In this document: piece after piece, positions 38,705 through 49,811 of the stretch
Layout of the letters: each line of letters starts with the position of its first letter
Position numbering within the stretch: the stretch's first letter is position 1
Sequence record: NC_012638.1
From: Escherichia phage RB14
Reading direction: 5' to 3' (one strand)
DNA length: 64,000 nucleotides
Made by a program: the position numbers and the translations under genes
The notes under the pieces: generated by a model
Databases searched by the model: none
Seen by the model: the letters and a program-made list of their open reading frames with translations, nothing else
Told to the model about the DNA's origin: nothing

Positions 38705-39988
38705 ATGGCTAAAATCAACGAACTTCTGCGCGAATCAACCACAACGAATAGCAACTCAATCGGTCGCCCAAATCTCGTTGCTTTGACTCGCGCTACCACT
38801 AAATTAATATATTCTGACATTGTAGCAACGCAAAGAACTAATCAACCTGTTGCTGCTTTTTATGGTATCAAATACCTTAACCCAGACAATGAATTTACAT
38901 TTAAAACTGGTGCTACTTATGCTGGCGAAGCTGGATATGTAGACCGAGAACAAATCACAGAATTAACAGAAGAGTCTAAATTAACTCTCAATAAAGGCGA
39001 TTTATTCAAATATAATAACATCGTTTATAAAGTATTAGAAGATACACCATTTGCTGATATTGAAGAAAGCGATTTAGAATTAGCTCTTCAGATTGCAATT
39101 GTTCTTTTAAAGGTTCGTCTATTTTCTGACGCAGCGTCAACAAGCAAATTTGAAAGCTCTGATAGCGAAATTGCGGATGCTAGATTCCAGATTAATAAAT
39201 GGCAAACCGCAGTTAAATCTCGTAAACTTAAAACTGGCATCACAGTTGAATTAGCACAAGATTTAGAAGCAAACGGATTCGATGCTCCTAATTTCTTGGA
39301 AGATTTGCTTGCAACTGAAATGGCAGATGAAATCAATAAAGATATTCTGCAGTCTTTAATTACAGTATCAAAACGTTATAAAGTTACAGGAATTACTGAT
39401 ACTGGATTCATTGATTTGAGTTATGCATCTGCACCTGAAGCTGGTCGTTCATTATACCGAATGGTATGTGAAATGGTTTCGCATATCCAAAAAGAATCAA
39501 CTTATACAGCAACGTTCTGTGTTGCTTCAGCTCGTGCTGCTGCGATTCTTGCTGCATCAGGTTGGTTAAAACATAAACCAGAAGATGATAAATATCTTTC
39601 ACAAAATGCCTATGGGTTCTTAGCTAATGGTTTACCGCTTTATTGCGATACTAACAGCCCATTAGATTATGTAATCGTTGGCGTAGTAGAAAATATCGGT
39701 GAAAAAGAAATTGTTGGATCAATTTTCTATGCTCCGTATACAGAAGGTCTTGACTTAGATGACCCTGAACATGTAGGTGCATTTAAAGTTGTGGTTGATC
39801 CAGAAAGTTTGCAGCCATCTATCGGTTTATTAGTTAGATATGCTTTATCTGCAAATCCTTATACCGTAGCAAAAGATGAAAAAGAAGCAAGAATAATTGA
39901 TGGTGGAGACATGGATAAAATGGCGGGTCGTTCAGATTTGTCTGTTTTATTAGGTGTTAAGCTACCAAAAATTATTGTTGATGAATAA
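38705..39988 (+). CDS. 24: capsid vertex protein gp24
   Basis: 427 aa; gp23 paralog; synteny. Confidence 0.92.
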   Translation: MAKINELLRESTTTNSNSIGRPNLVALTRATTKLIYSDIVATQRTNQPVAAFYGIKYLNPDNEFTFKTGATYAGEAGYVDREQITELTEESKLTLNKGDLFKYNNIVYKVLEDTPFADIEESDLELALQIAIVLLKVRLFSDAASTSKFESSDSEIADARFQINKWQTAVKSRKLKTGITVELAQDLEANGFDAPNFLEDLLATEMADEINKDILQSLITVSKRYKVTGITDTGFIDLSYASAPEAGRSLYRMVCEMVSHIQKESTYTATFCVASARAAAILAASGWLKHKPEDDKYLSQNAYGFLANGLPLYCDTNSPLDYVIVGVVENIGEKEIVGSIFYAPYTEGLDLDDPEHVGAFKVVVDPESLQPSIGLLVRYALSANPYTVAKDEKEARIIDGGDMDKMAGRSDLSVLLGVKLPKIIVDE

Positions 39989-39994
39989 AACAAA

Positions 39995-40015
39995 GGGACC
40001 TTTCGGTCCCTTTTT
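39995..40015. terminator. bidirectional rho-independent terminator between convergent genes 24 and rnlB
   Basis: GGGACC-TTTC-GGTCCC hairpin flanked by A-run upstream and T-run downstream. Confidence 0.75.
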
Positions 40016-40017
40016 AT

Positions 40018-41022
40018 TTAACTTACCAATTCAATCCAAGCCGGACGAAGTACATCTTGTACCATTTTAACTAATTCCTTTTTAATCAAAGAAGGATTAT
40101 CCGCTTGAGTTAGAGTAATACCTTCACGAGAAGTTTCTTCCAAAATATCTTGAACAGTTAGTCCCATCACCTTTCCAAAATCTTTTGGACCAATTTCGCC
40201 AATTTTAGAAATAACGTTATTTACTCGGTTCAGTGTAACGTAGCAAGCTAAAATTCCCAGCAATTTATTATCAGCTTCTGACAGCTCAACTTTAGCTTTA
40301 ATAGGCTTATCAGACTTTTTCTTTTCGCTAAATTTAGAGTTCTTGCATTTAATAGCTACACGATTGCCATTAGGCATCCAAGAAGGATAACAAGGTTTCA
40401 ATACATATCCTTCAGCAGTAAATACTTCGCCTTTTGCTTCGGCATTCCAAACGCATTTATTTGCATCAACTAATCCAGCATGGTCTACCGTAAAATTATA
40501 ATCCTGGACTACAGAATCTAAATCATTTGGCAATTTAATAAGCTCTTCAAATTTACCACGACCTAAAAGTGGAGCCATTTTAAATTTAAATGTATTACAG
40601 AATGATTCCATCATATAATCATCGACATAAGTCACATCACCGCTTTCGGTAGTAACAATAATGTCAAATACATAAAAATCTTTATCGCCATAATCGACAT
40701 TCTTCTGAATGCCAGGTCCAGCGAATTCGCCAAAAACTTGATAAGATACAACCGCTGAAGTTTCCATAATATCTTGCACTGCTTCGATAGAATCAGCGTA
40801 ATTCTTTAGAATAATTTCATACCCAAAGAAATCTTCAGCAGGAAGAATAGGACCAGTACGTTTAGCGCAAGTTACTTTATCACGCTCAATAATCAATGAG
40901 AAATTTGTGCCGTGAATCTTTTCACGAGCTACCCATTCGCCGCCAGTCAATCCCAGGCTATAAAGTTTTTCAATAAATTTAGAGTTGTAATGATTTTCAA
41001 GACTGCTATACTTTTTAAACAT
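40018..41022 (-). CDS. rnlB: RNA ligase 2 (RnlB)
   Basis: 334 aa; nucleotidyltransferase motif I KIHGTN; sequence recognisable as T4 Rnl2. Confidence 0.88.
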   Translation of the reverse strand: MFKKYSSLENHYNSKFIEKLYSLGLTGGEWVAREKIHGTNFSLIIERDKVTCAKRTGPILPAEDFFGYEIILKNYADSIEAVQDIMETSAVVSYQVFGEFAGPGIQKNVDYGDKDFYVFDIIVTTESGDVTYVDDYMMESFCNTFKFKMAPLLGRGKFEELIKLPNDLDSVVQDYNFTVDHAGLVDANKCVWNAEAKGEVFTAEGYVLKPCYPSWMPNGNRVAIKCKNSKFSEKKKSDKPIKAKVELSEADNKLLGILACYVTLNRVNNVISKIGEIGPKDFGKVMGLTVQDILEETSREGITLTQADNPSLIKKELVKMVQDVLRPAWIELVS

Positions 41023-41031
41023 AATTAATCC

Positions 41032-41310
41032 TCAAAATATAATTTCTAACCAATCACCATCACGCTGATCACTATTAACTTTAAAGCTAAATCCTTCTTT
41101 TCTCAGCCAATCACCAATTTCTTCAGTAATCAATTTATCGCGAGCAGTACAATAATAACTAAAATATGTTTTACCTTGTTCAGCTGCTTTATTAGCAAGT
41201 TCTGAAAAATCTTTAATAAAACACTCTAGCTTAAACTGTTTACTTTTTAATGCTTTTTCGCGTAATTGATTAGCAAAAGATTCATTTTCATAAAGATCAT
41301 ACTGTTCCAT
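41032..41310 (-). CDS. hypothetical protein
   Basis: 92 aa ORF with ATG; between hoc and rnlB. Confidence 0.6.
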   Translation of the reverse strand: MEQYDLYENESFANQLREKALKSKQFKLECFIKDFSELANKAAEQGKTYFSYYCTARDKLITEEIGDWLRKEGFSFKVNSDQRDGDWLEIIF

Positions 41311-41512
41311 TTTTCACCTTTTTATTGATATGTCTTTTTCTATAGACAACTTTTTCTCGAGTCTCAAATTTATTCTTAGCAGTCATAGCTCGAGCCCATA
41401 ATACAGCCACTTCTTTCGCCTGTAAGTTTAATTCACGAGCAATTTCAATGAATGACTTTCCAGACTCATGAAGAGTAAACACCACAACCTCAGTTCTCAT
41501 AATCAATCTCAT
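41297..41512 (-). CDS. hypothetical small basic protein
   Basis: 71 aa ORF; start uncertain (ATG at 41512 lacks RBS; alternative ATG at 41500). Confidence 0.5.
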   Translation of the reverse strand: MRLIMRTEVVVFTLHESGKSFIEIARELNLQAKEVAVLWARAMTAKNKFETREKVVYRKRHINKKVKNGTV

Positions 41513-41581
41513 GTTATCGAGTTGGTGCTATTATATACATCATTTTCTGATTATGTTTTGTGTGCTTTCAAAATGAAGAAA

Positions 41582-41595
41582 GGGGCCGAAGCCCC
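41582..41595 (-). other. intergenic stem-loop GGGGCCGAAGCCCC
   Basis: Identical 14-mer to the hairpins at 1694 and 62616; immediately downstream of hoc stop. Confidence 0.45.
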
Positions 41596-41600
41596 TACGA

Positions 41601-42731
41601 TTATGGATAGGTATAGATGATACCAGTTTCTAAAGCAGTTTTATGAATGATGTATCCATTACGCGATTCTTGGACATCAACTTCTGGATAGTCTTTCATC
41701 ATCTTCTGAAGAGTGTAACGATGCAGGTAGTATTTACTATCTGGATCTTCAGTTTTCCAATCTTTACCTTCTTCAGTCATTTTTTGGATTTCATCCATAA
41801 CCCACCAACCGCACCAGATGTAAGCTGAAGTACGATGTGGAAGAGAATGAACATAAGGTAATTCACCTTCTGGTTCCGGAGCAACTTTATCAGTCACTTG
41901 AACTTGACCTGTTGTTTTAACTGTTTTGCTATCATAATCAGTTGCTGTAACGACAGCAGTAACTTCAATAGTTTGACTTCCAACAGATGAGGTATCGATA
42001 GTATATACGTTAGTTGACCCTTCTACAGGAGAAGAATCTTTCTTCCATGAATACGCAATTTGCGCTTCTTCTGGAGCATCAGTGACATTAGCGGTAAATG
42101 TAGCCGAAGCATCTTGCTGAACATTAATAGAAGGAGGAGTCAATGTAACCTGTGGATTCATTGTCTTCTTATTAACTGTCAATGATACTTCATTAGAAGT
42201 AACGCTCAGTGCATCATAATCTGTCGCTGTTACTTGAGCTACACACTTGATTTTTTTAACTCCGCTTGTAGTAGGAGTGTAATTGAATGTAGCGCTAGTT
42301 GCTTCGCTCACAGGAGAACCGTCAACGTGCCATTGATACGTAGCAGATGCACCTGATGGCTGCGAAGCTAAAGTAGCGGTAAATTCAACAGCTGTTCCGA
42401 TTACTCCTTCCGGAGGACTATTAGGAGTTACAGCTAAAGTAGTTGTCTGTGTCTTATTTTGAACTGTGATAGTTGTAGTAGCTTCTGCTGTTTCAGCATC
42501 AGTATCTGGAACTGGGTTTGTTGCAACTACTTTAATAGTCTTTTGACCGGCAGGTCCTTTTAATACATAATTAAAAGTTGCTGACGTTTCTTCCTGTGGA
42601 GCACCGTCTACAGTCCAAGCATATGTAATAGGTCCATCTCCAGTTTGACCACTGGGTGTAGCAGTAAACTGCTTAGTTTCATCAATAACCCCTGTTGGTG
42701 TTTTAGGAGTTATATCAACTGTAAAAGCCAT
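41601..42731 (-). CDS. hoc: highly immunogenic outer capsid protein Hoc
   Basis: 376 aa; tandem Ig-like beta-rich repeats (TATDYD... recurring); synteny. Confidence 0.85.
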   Translation of the reverse strand: MAFTVDITPKTPTGVIDETKQFTATPSGQTGDGPITYAWTVDGAPQEETSATFNYVLKGPAGQKTIKVVATNPVPDTDAETAEATTTITVQNKTQTTTLAVTPNSPPEGVIGTAVEFTATLASQPSGASATYQWHVDGSPVSEATSATFNYTPTTSGVKKIKCVAQVTATDYDALSVTSNEVSLTVNKKTMNPQVTLTPPSINVQQDASATFTANVTDAPEEAQIAYSWKKDSSPVEGSTNVYTIDTSSVGSQTIEVTAVVTATDYDSKTVKTTGQVQVTDKVAPEPEGELPYVHSLPHRTSAYIWCGWWVMDEIQKMTEEGKDWKTEDPDSKYYLHRYTLQKMMKDYPEVDVQESRNGYIIHKTALETGIIYTYP

Positions 42732-42740
42732 AAGTTATCC

Positions 42741-43421
42741 TTATTTTAATGTTACGAAAGAAGAATTGCGTGTTTCACGAATTAGAACTGATCCGTCGCG
42801 GTTAATGTAATAAATTAAGCTAAATAAAGTTTGGTGTGCTGACGCATGCTCAAAACTTGTTGGGTGAGATTTCCAATCCGGAGTTTCAGCAATCCACTGG
42901 TAAATCCACCAAGGAACAGTACAGAATCCTGGATTTTTCCCAATCAGCTGAAGATTCGGACTAAAGTTTTCCGGAAGAGTAAATACAGACGGCTTTTCAG
43001 ATTCAATAATCTCAGCTACAGCCTGTTCAAATTTTTCTTCAACAAAAGGAGTATCTTCAATCAAAACATCGGTATTTTCAGGAATTTTATCCGTTTCTAC
43101 TACTTCAATTTTAATGTCAGATTTAACCGGAGAATCAATCAGAAGTGCTGCTTCTGGATTGACTTCTTCATCGTCATATTTTAATCCCTCTGCGGCATCA
43201 GCAGCATCAATTAAGTCTTTAATAGATAACCCATCAATCTCTGGCATAGGTTCACTAGCAAGCTTCTGGAGGGCTTCTTCAATATCAACAACGATATTAT
43301 CAAAAGATTTATTCTTTTTGACCTTTATACCAAACTGTTCAGCATATTCAGCTAATTTAGCTTTAGCTTCTTTATTATCATCAAGAGCCTTCAGCTCTGC
43401 AATATAATCTTTATCTATCAT
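42741..43421 (-). CDS. inh: Inh, inhibitor of prohead protease
   Basis: 226 aa; position between hoc and segD as in T4. Confidence 0.7.
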   Translation of the reverse strand: MIDKDYIAELKALDDNKEAKAKLAEYAEQFGIKVKKNKSFDNIVVDIEEALQKLASEPMPEIDGLSIKDLIDAADAAEGLKYDDEEVNPEAALLIDSPVKSDIKIEVVETDKIPENTDVLIEDTPFVEEKFEQAVAEIIESEKPSVFTLPENFSPNLQLIGKNPGFCTVPWWIYQWIAETPDWKSHPTSFEHASAHQTLFSLIYYINRDGSVLIRETRNSSFVTLK

Positions 43422-43434
43422 AATATTTCCTCAG

Positions 43435-43442
43435 TATAAATA
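43435..43442 (+). promoter_or_regulatory. late promoter TATAAATA upstream of segD
   Basis: Exact consensus 29 nt upstream of segD ATG. Confidence 0.5.
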
Positions 43443-43470
43443 TAGATATATTTATTACTCGGAAAATAGT

Positions 43471-44088
43471 ATGTACCACTTTGTATATGAAACAACAAAT
43501 CTAATAAATGGTAAAAAGTATATAGGAAAACACTCTACTGATGACTTGAATGATGGTTACCTTGGTTCTGGTAAGGCAATTCAGCAGGCTATAAAGAAAT
43601 ATGGTGAAAACAATTTCTCTAGAACAATACTAAAAGAGTTTAAAACTTCCGAAGAAGCGTACATATATGAAGAAGAAATTATAACTCCTGAAATAATAAA
43701 AAGCAAAAATTATTATAATATGAAACCTGGTGGAATTGGTGGAATTGTTATGACTACAGAGGTTATAGCAAAGATGAAAGAATCTTCCGCTAAGAGATTT
43801 GAAAACTCACCGGGCACGGTATTAGGTACAACTTGTTACACTAATGGAACTAAAAATATTTTTATTAAACCTGGAGAACTTGTTCCAGAAGGATTTGTAA
43901 AAGGGATGGTTCATCCTAATAGAAAGTCCAGAAAAGGATGTAAAGTCAAACCAACTACCACAGGAACTTTTTGGGTCAATAATGGTGCAATAAATAAATT
44001 AATACAACCAGACGGTATTATTCCCGACGGATTTATTAAAGGTCGTCTCATGAAAAGAGATTCTAAAGGCAAATTTAGTAAGGCATAA
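43471..44088 (+). mobile_element. segD: GIY-YIG homing endonuclease (SegD-like)
   Basis: 205 aa; N-terminal GIY-YIG motifs (KYIGKHS ... YLGSGK); free-standing between inh and uvsW. Confidence 0.8.
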
Positions 44089-44090
44089 TT

Positions 44091-45599
44091 ATGGATATTA
44101 AAGTACATTTTCACGACTTCAGCCATGTACGCATCGATTGTGAAGAGAGCACGTTCCACGAATTAAGAGATTTCTTTTCGTTTGAGGCCGATGGATATAG
44201 GTTTAATCCTCGCTTCAGATATGGCAACTGGGATGGACGAATCCGTCTATTAGATTATAATCGCCTTCTTCCATTCGGCTTAATCGGGCAAATTAAAAAG
44301 TTCTGTGATAATTTTGGCTATAAAGCCTGGATTGACCCACAAATTAACGAAAAAGAAGAATTATCAAGAAAAGATTTTGATGAATGGCTTTCTAAATTAG
44401 AAATCTATTCAGGAAATAAAAGAATTGAACCACACTGGTATCAAAAAGATGCAGTGTTCGAAGGATTAGTTAATCGTCGTAGAATTCTTAATCTTCCAAC
44501 ATCCGCAGGTAAATCTTTAATTCAAGCTTTGCTTGCACGTTATTATTTGGAAAATTATGAAGGTAAAATTCTTATCATTGTTCCAACAACTGCTTTGACA
44601 ACTCAGATGGCTGATGACTTTGTTGATTATCGTTTATTCAGTCATGCAATGATAAAGAAAATCGGCGGCGGAGCATCAAAAGATGATAAATATAAAAATG
44701 ATGCACCGGTAATTGTTGGTACATGGCAAACTGTAGTAAAACAACCAAAAGAATGGTTCTCACAGTTTGGAATGATGATGAATGATGAATGCCATCTTGC
44801 TACAGGAAAAAGTATTTCATCTATAATATCAGGTTTAAATAACTGCATGTTTAAATTTGGTCTATCAGGTTCATTACGTGACGGCAAAGCTAATATCATG
44901 CAGTATGTTGGAATGTTTGGTGAAATATTTAAGCCAGTAACGACTTCTAAATTAATGGAAGATGGACAAGTAACTGAGCTAAAAATTAATAGTATTTTTC
45001 TTCGTTATCCTGATGAGTTCACTACTAAATTAAAGGGAAAAACTTATCAAGAAGAAATAAAAATTATTACTGGACTCAGTAAAAGAAATAAATGGATCGC
45101 TAAATTAGCTATTAAGCTTGCGCAAAAAGATGAAAACGCTTTTGTCATGTTTAAACATGTATCGCATGGTAAAGCTATTTTCGATTTAATTAAAAATGAA
45201 TACGATAAAGTTTATTACGTATCAGGGGAAGTTGATACCGAAACACGCAATATAATGAAAACCTTAGCTGAAAATGGTAAAGGAATAATTATAGTAGCTA
45301 GTTATGGTGTATTTTCTACTGGCATTTCAGTTAAAAATCTTCATCACGTTGTTTTAGCGCACGGTGTTAAATCAAAAATCATTGTATTACAAACAATTGG
45401 TCGTGTATTACGTAAGCATGGTTCTAAAACAATCGCAACAGTCTGGGACCTCATAGATGATTGTGGTGTTAAGCCAAAATCTGCTAATACTAAAAAGAAA
45501 TATGTTCATTTGAACTATCTTTTAAAACACGGCATTGATCGTATTCAGCGCTATGCAGATGAAAAATTTAATTACGTAATGAAAACAGTTAATTTATAA
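44091..45599 (+). CDS. uvsW: UvsW DNA/RNA helicase
   Basis: 502 aa; SF2 helicase motifs (Walker A TSAGKS, DECH box). Confidence 0.9.
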   Translation: MDIKVHFHDFSHVRIDCEESTFHELRDFFSFEADGYRFNPRFRYGNWDGRIRLLDYNRLLPFGLIGQIKKFCDNFGYKAWIDPQINEKEELSRKDFDEWLSKLEIYSGNKRIEPHWYQKDAVFEGLVNRRRILNLPTSAGKSLIQALLARYYLENYEGKILIIVPTTALTTQMADDFVDYRLFSHAMIKKIGGGASKDDKYKNDAPVIVGTWQTVVKQPKEWFSQFGMMMNDECHLATGKSISSIISGLNNCMFKFGLSGSLRDGKANIMQYVGMFGEIFKPVTTSKLMEDGQVTELKINSIFLRYPDEFTTKLKGKTYQEEIKIITGLSKRNKWIAKLAIKLAQKDENAFVMFKHVSHGKAIFDLIKNEYDKVYYVSGEVDTETRNIMKTLAENGKGIIIVASYGVFSTGISVKNLHHVVLAHGVKSKIIVLQTIGRVLRKHGSKTIATVWDLIDDCGVKPKSANTKKKYVHLNYLLKHGIDRIQRYADEKFNYVMKTVNL

Positions 45600-45611
45600 G
45601 GGCTTCGGCCC
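45600..45611 (+). other. stem-loop GGGCTTCGGCCC at uvsW/uvsW.1 junction
   Basis: 5-bp stem with TTCG loop immediately after uvsW stop and before uvsW.1 RBS. Confidence 0.4.
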
Positions 45612-45624
45612 TTTGGAGAAAAAG

Positions 45625-45855
45625 ATGTTACTAGAATTTAAACAATTTCTTTATGAAGCTTCTATTGATGAATTTATGGGTAAAATTGCCTCTTGTCAAA
45701 CATTAGAAGGTTTAGAAGAACTTGAAGCTTATTATAAGAAAAGAGTCAAAGAAACTGAATTAAAAGATACTGATGACATCTCTGTGAGAGATGCTTTGGC
45801 AGGAAAAAGAGCTGAATTAGAAGATTCAGACGATGAAGTAGAAGAAAGCTTTTAA
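45625..45855 (+). CDS. uvsW.1: UvsW.1 small acidic protein
   Basis: 76 aa from ATG 45625 with GGAGAAAAAG RBS; ORF-track frame begins on TTG 45613. Confidence 0.7.
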   Translation: MLLEFKQFLYEASIDEFMGKIASCQTLEGLEELEAYYKKRVKETELKDTDDISVRDALAGKRAELEDSDDEVEESF

Positions 45856-45911
45856 ATTAAAAAAAGGCCCAACCAAAAAGGAAGGGCCAAAACTATAGAC
45901 TAAAGGTCACA

Positions 45912-46079
45912 CTATAGCAAAAGTTGTGTTTCATTTAATTGTTCTTCCGAACTTTCTGAAACTGGTAGTTCTTTAATGTAATTATAGCAAGGCCCAGGAT
46001 GTACAGGACCTTTGTCTGTTTCAACAACCAATGCAGAATCGATTGGAGTTTTACAGACAACACAAATCTTATCTGACAT
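45912..46079 (-). CDS. hypothetical small Cys-containing protein (55 aa)
   Basis: ATG 46079 with GAGGAG RBS; hand-translated; below ORF-track cutoff. Confidence 0.4.
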   Translation of the reverse strand: MSDKICVVCKTPIDSALVVETDKGPVHPGPCYNYIKELPVSESSEEQLNETQLLL

Positions 46080-46107
46080 GATTGTCTCCTCTGAATTATA
46101 TATCTAT

Positions 46108-46332
46108 TTATACAACTCTCATATGCATATCAATGCCCATATCTTTAGAATAAAAATATTCATCAAGATATCCAGCAAATTTTCCTTTAATATAAAGGAC
46201 ATCTTCGCCACACGGGTGGTCGGCCAGGATACGAATATCCTGACGCTTAAGATTATGCTTTTTCATTAAAAATTGAATTTCCGTTTCAAATTCTTCTTCA
46301 TAATTAAAAGCATCATCAATGCTATATCTCAT
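46108..46332 (-). CDS. hypothetical protein
   Basis: 74 aa ORF immediately downstream of uvsY (ATGA overlap). Confidence 0.6.
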   Translation of the reverse strand: MRYSIDDAFNYEEEFETEIQFLMKKHNLKRQDIRILADHPCGEDVLYIKGKFAGYLDEYFYSKDMGIDMHMRVV

Positions 46333-46745
46333 TATTTTCCAGCCTCAAATGCCCGCATGTCTTGAATATGCTTAATAGCAAATCCACGTGATTTAATAGC
46401 ATCAAGAGCTCCGCTACAGAAATCCAATAAAATCCCCCAATACTGCAGCGAGGTATCAACCTTTAAAACATCCTTATCAGCTGATAGAACTGTTTTCATT
46501 TCTGATTTCTCGTAACGATCCATACTAAATTCATCACCATCTCCTCGTCCCGAGTAGTAGTCTAATTTAGCTTTAAGAGCAACTTTTTTCTGTGCGTCAA
46601 TTCTAAGCATTTCCTTTTTAATACTTGAATGCTTATTAAGCCATTTACTATATAACATCACATTATTAGCTGCTTCATACTGTAATTTAGTCGAATCTAT
46701 AAACACATCTTTCTTCAATTCTTCTTGAAGATCTTCTAATCTCAT
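46332..46745 (-). CDS. uvsY: UvsY recombination mediator
   Basis: 137 aa; length and synteny. Confidence 0.85.
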   Translation of the reverse strand: MRLEDLQEELKKDVFIDSTKLQYEAANNVMLYSKWLNKHSSIKKEMLRIDAQKKVALKAKLDYYSGRGDGDEFSMDRYEKSEMKTVLSADKDVLKVDTSLQYWGILLDFCSGALDAIKSRGFAIKHIQDMRAFEAGK

Positions 46746-46811
46746 ATTGTTCTCTATTCAATTGTTATTGGATGGACTTAGATTCATTATACCACGTTTA
46801 TACGTGAAGCA

Positions 46812-47210
46812 TTATACTCTATTACTAGAAGCCAATTGCAGTTTTATCTGCTCAATATCATCGGGGTTATCGATGACCGAAAAGCGTATTTCTACTATCA
46901 GAGTATAATCATCATAAACGGGTATCACATTAACTGATAATTTATCAATACGCGGCTCATAGTTTCTTACTGCGCTTTCGATATTGCGCTCAACTGTATC
47001 AGCAGTAAGAGGAGTCATATTTTCAAAAAGCTGGTCTGATAAATCACATCCAAATTCAGGGTCAAACGGTCTTGAACCTTTTCTTGTTGTAATAATTCCC
47101 AAAAGACTGTTTTTAATTGACCTTAATCCAAGTGATCTGGAAACATCTTTGTTCCAATCCATTTTCATTTCCGGGTCAATATCAGAATAAAGCTTATTAA
47201 TATTTGCCAT
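46812..47210 (-). CDS. 25: baseplate wedge protein gp25
   Basis: 132 aa; synteny and length. Confidence 0.9.
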   Translation of the reverse strand: MANINKLYSDIDPEMKMDWNKDVSRSLGLRSIKNSLLGIITTRKGSRPFDPEFGCDLSDQLFENMTPLTADTVERNIESAVRNYEPRIDKLSVNVIPVYDDYTLIVEIRFSVIDNPDDIEQIKLQLASSNRV

Positions 47211-47836
47211 TATAGTAACTCAAAGAACTCTTTGAGGCCTCTTATTACATGAGCATGGGTTTTTCCACACTCTGGACATTTAATTGGAACAGCCAAATAA
47301 ACGGTAGGTTTTAAAAGCATATCTTTTATAGCTACAATATCTGACTCTGTGATGATAGAATATAAATCTTCTAGTTCCTTTTCATTTAAGTCTTCAACTG
47401 GAATGCTTTCCCCGTTAGCATGAATCGTTTCTATACATGATACTATCATGTGGGCTATATTTTTATCATCAAAAATTTTAGGGTATCGGAATTTAATTTT
47501 AATGTCACCCAGTGTATACCAGAGGTCTTCTGGTGCATCTATTTGTGTGTGTAATAGATTTATATGGGTTGGTATTTCAGTTCCACAGGTGCACTTCCAG
47601 GAGTTTTCGTGATTAACTTCGCCGAGAGAATGTGCCCATAAATGAATCAACAATAGTTCTGATTCTTGGCGGTTTAAATCTTTTGCATTTGTGCAGTCTT
47701 TGATTAGCTTTTTAACAATTACTTCTACAGAACCATTATTTTTGGCAGTAATAAGTTCTAGATATTCTTTAAGCGTGAATGCGCGACAATTGATTATTTT
47801 AGAACCAACTCTCACATCAAATTTGTATTCATACAT
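47210..47836 (-). CDS. 26: baseplate hub protein gp26
   Basis: 208 aa; synteny and length. Confidence 0.85.
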   Translation of the reverse strand: MYEYKFDVRVGSKIINCRAFTLKEYLELITAKNNGSVEVIVKKLIKDCTNAKDLNRQESELLLIHLWAHSLGEVNHENSWKCTCGTEIPTHINLLHTQIDAPEDLWYTLGDIKIKFRYPKIFDDKNIAHMIVSCIETIHANGESIPVEDLNEKELEDLYSIITESDIVAIKDMLLKPTVYLAVPIKCPECGKTHAHVIRGLKEFFELL

Positions 47837-47857
47837 ATTTAGCTCCTTTATTTATCA

Positions 47858-47869
47858 TATTTATAAATA
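47858..47869. promoter_or_regulatory. palindromic bidirectional late promoter TATTTATAAATA
   Basis: 12-bp perfect palindrome giving TATAAATA on both strands between divergent genes 26 and 51. Confidence 0.65.
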
Positions 47870-47886
47870 GAATAAAAGGAGCATCT

Positions 47887-48636
47887 ATGGCAAACATTAT
47901 TCGTTGTAAATTACCAGATGGTGTTCATCGTTTTAAACCATTTACGGTAGAAGATTATCGAGATTTTTTGTTAGTTCGAAACGATATAGAACATCGGTCA
48001 CCACAAGAACAAAAAGAAATAATTACTGATTTAATTGATGATTATTTTGGAGACTATCCGAAGACTTGGCAACCATTTATATTTTTGCAGGTATTTGTAG
48101 GGTCGATAGGTAAAACTAAAGTACCAGTCACATTCGTATGTCCAAAATGTAAAAAAGAAAAGACAGTTCCATTTGAAATATATCAAAAAGAATTAAAGGA
48201 ACCTGTTTTTGATGTAGCTAATGTTAAAATTAAATTAAAGTTTCCTTCTGAGTTTTATGAAAATAAAGCAAAGATGATTACTGAAAATATTCATTCCGTT
48301 CAAGTAGATGAAATATGGTATGATTGGAAGGAAATTAGTGAATCAAGCCAAATAGAACTTGTTGATGCCATCGAGATAGAAACATTAGAAAAAATTCTCG
48401 ATGCAATGAATCCTATTAATTTAACTCTACATATGTCATGCTGTAATAAGTACATTAAAAAATACACTGATATAGTAGACGTGTTTAAGCTATTAGTTAA
48501 CCCAGATGAGATATTTACTTTTTATCAAATTAATCACACACTCGTAAAAAGTAATTATAGCTTAAATTCAATAATGAAAATGATTCCTGCCGAGCGCGGA
48601 TTCGTATTAAAACTGATTGAGAAGGATAAACAATAA
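47887..48636 (+). CDS. 51: baseplate hub assembly protein gp51
   Basis: 249 aa; synteny and length. Confidence 0.85.
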   Translation: MANIIRCKLPDGVHRFKPFTVEDYRDFLLVRNDIEHRSPQEQKEIITDLIDDYFGDYPKTWQPFIFLQVFVGSIGKTKVPVTFVCPKCKKEKTVPFEIYQKELKEPVFDVANVKIKLKFPSEFYENKAKMITENIHSVQVDEIWYDWKEISESSQIELVDAIEIETLEKILDAMNPINLTLHMSCCNKYIKKYTDIVDVFKLLVNPDEIFTFYQINHTLVKSNYSLNSIMKMIPAERGFVLKLIEKDKQ

Positions 48637-49811
48637 TGAGTATGTTGCAACGCCCCGGATATCCAAATCTCAGCGTTAAATTATTTGATAGCTACGACGC
48701 TTGGAGTAATAATAGATTTGTTGAATTAGCTGCTACTATTACTACATTAACTATGCGGGATTCTCTTTATGGCCGAAATGAAGGAATGCTGCAGTTTTAT
48801 GATTCTAAAAACATCCATACAAAAATGGATGGAAATGAAATAATTCAGATTTCTGTAGCTAATGCAAATGATATTAATAATGTTAAAACACGAATTTATG
48901 GATGTAAGCATTTTTCCGTGTCAGTAGATTCAAAAGGTGATAACATCATTGCTATTGAATTGGGAACTATTCATTCTATAGAAAATCTTAAATTTGGTAG
49001 ACCATTTTTCCCTGATGCAGGTGAATCTATAAAAGAAATGCTTGGTGTCATTTATCAAGACCGTACATTATTAACTCCAGCGATAAATGCTATAAATGCT
49101 TATGTTCCTGATATTCCATGGACTAGCACATTTGAAAACTATTTGTCATATGTAAGAGAAGTTGCTCTAGCTGTAGGAAGCGACAAATTTGTATTTGTAT
49201 GGCAAGACATCATGGGAGTTAACATGATGGACTATGATATGATGATAAATCAAGAACCATATCCAATGATTGTCGGTGAGCCATCTTTAATAGGTCAATT
49301 TGTCCAAGAATTAAAATATCCATTAGCATATGATTTCGTTTGGTTGACTAAATCGAATCCTCACAAACGTGATCCAATGAAAAACGCTACTATCTATGCG
49401 CATTCATTTTTAGATTCTTCATTACCAATGATTACTACAGGAAAGGGTGAAAACTCTATTGTAGTGTCAAGGTCAGGTGCTTATTCTGAAATGACTTATA
49501 GGAATGGATATGAAGAAGCTATTCGTCTTCAAACTATGGCACAATATGACGGCTATGCTAAATGTTCTACTGTCGGTAATTTTAACTTGACTCCTGGCGT
49601 TAAAATTATTTTTAATGATAGTAAAAACCAATTTAAAACAGAATTTTACGTTGATGAAGTTATCCATGAATTATCCAATAATAATTCAGTAACTCATCTA
49701 TATATGTTCACTAATGCAACGAAACTGGAAACAATAGACCCAGTTAAGGTTAAAAATGAATTTAAATCTGATACTACCACTGAAGAAAGTAGTTCTTCCA
49801 ATAAGCAATAA
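48636..49811 (+). CDS. 27: baseplate hub protein gp27
   Basis: 391 aa; synteny and length. Confidence 0.9.
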   Translation: MSMLQRPGYPNLSVKLFDSYDAWSNNRFVELAATITTLTMRDSLYGRNEGMLQFYDSKNIHTKMDGNEIIQISVANANDINNVKTRIYGCKHFSVSVDSKGDNIIAIELGTIHSIENLKFGRPFFPDAGESIKEMLGVIYQDRTLLTPAINAINAYVPDIPWTSTFENYLSYVREVALAVGSDKFVFVWQDIMGVNMMDYDMMINQEPYPMIVGEPSLIGQFVQELKYPLAYDFVWLTKSNPHKRDPMKNATIYAHSFLDSSLPMITTGKGENSIVVSRSGAYSEMTYRNGYEEAIRLQTMAQYDGYAKCSTVGNFNLTPGVKIIFNDSKNQFKTEFYVDEVIHELSNNNSVTHLYMFTNATKLETIDPVKVKNEFKSDTTTEESSSSNKQ

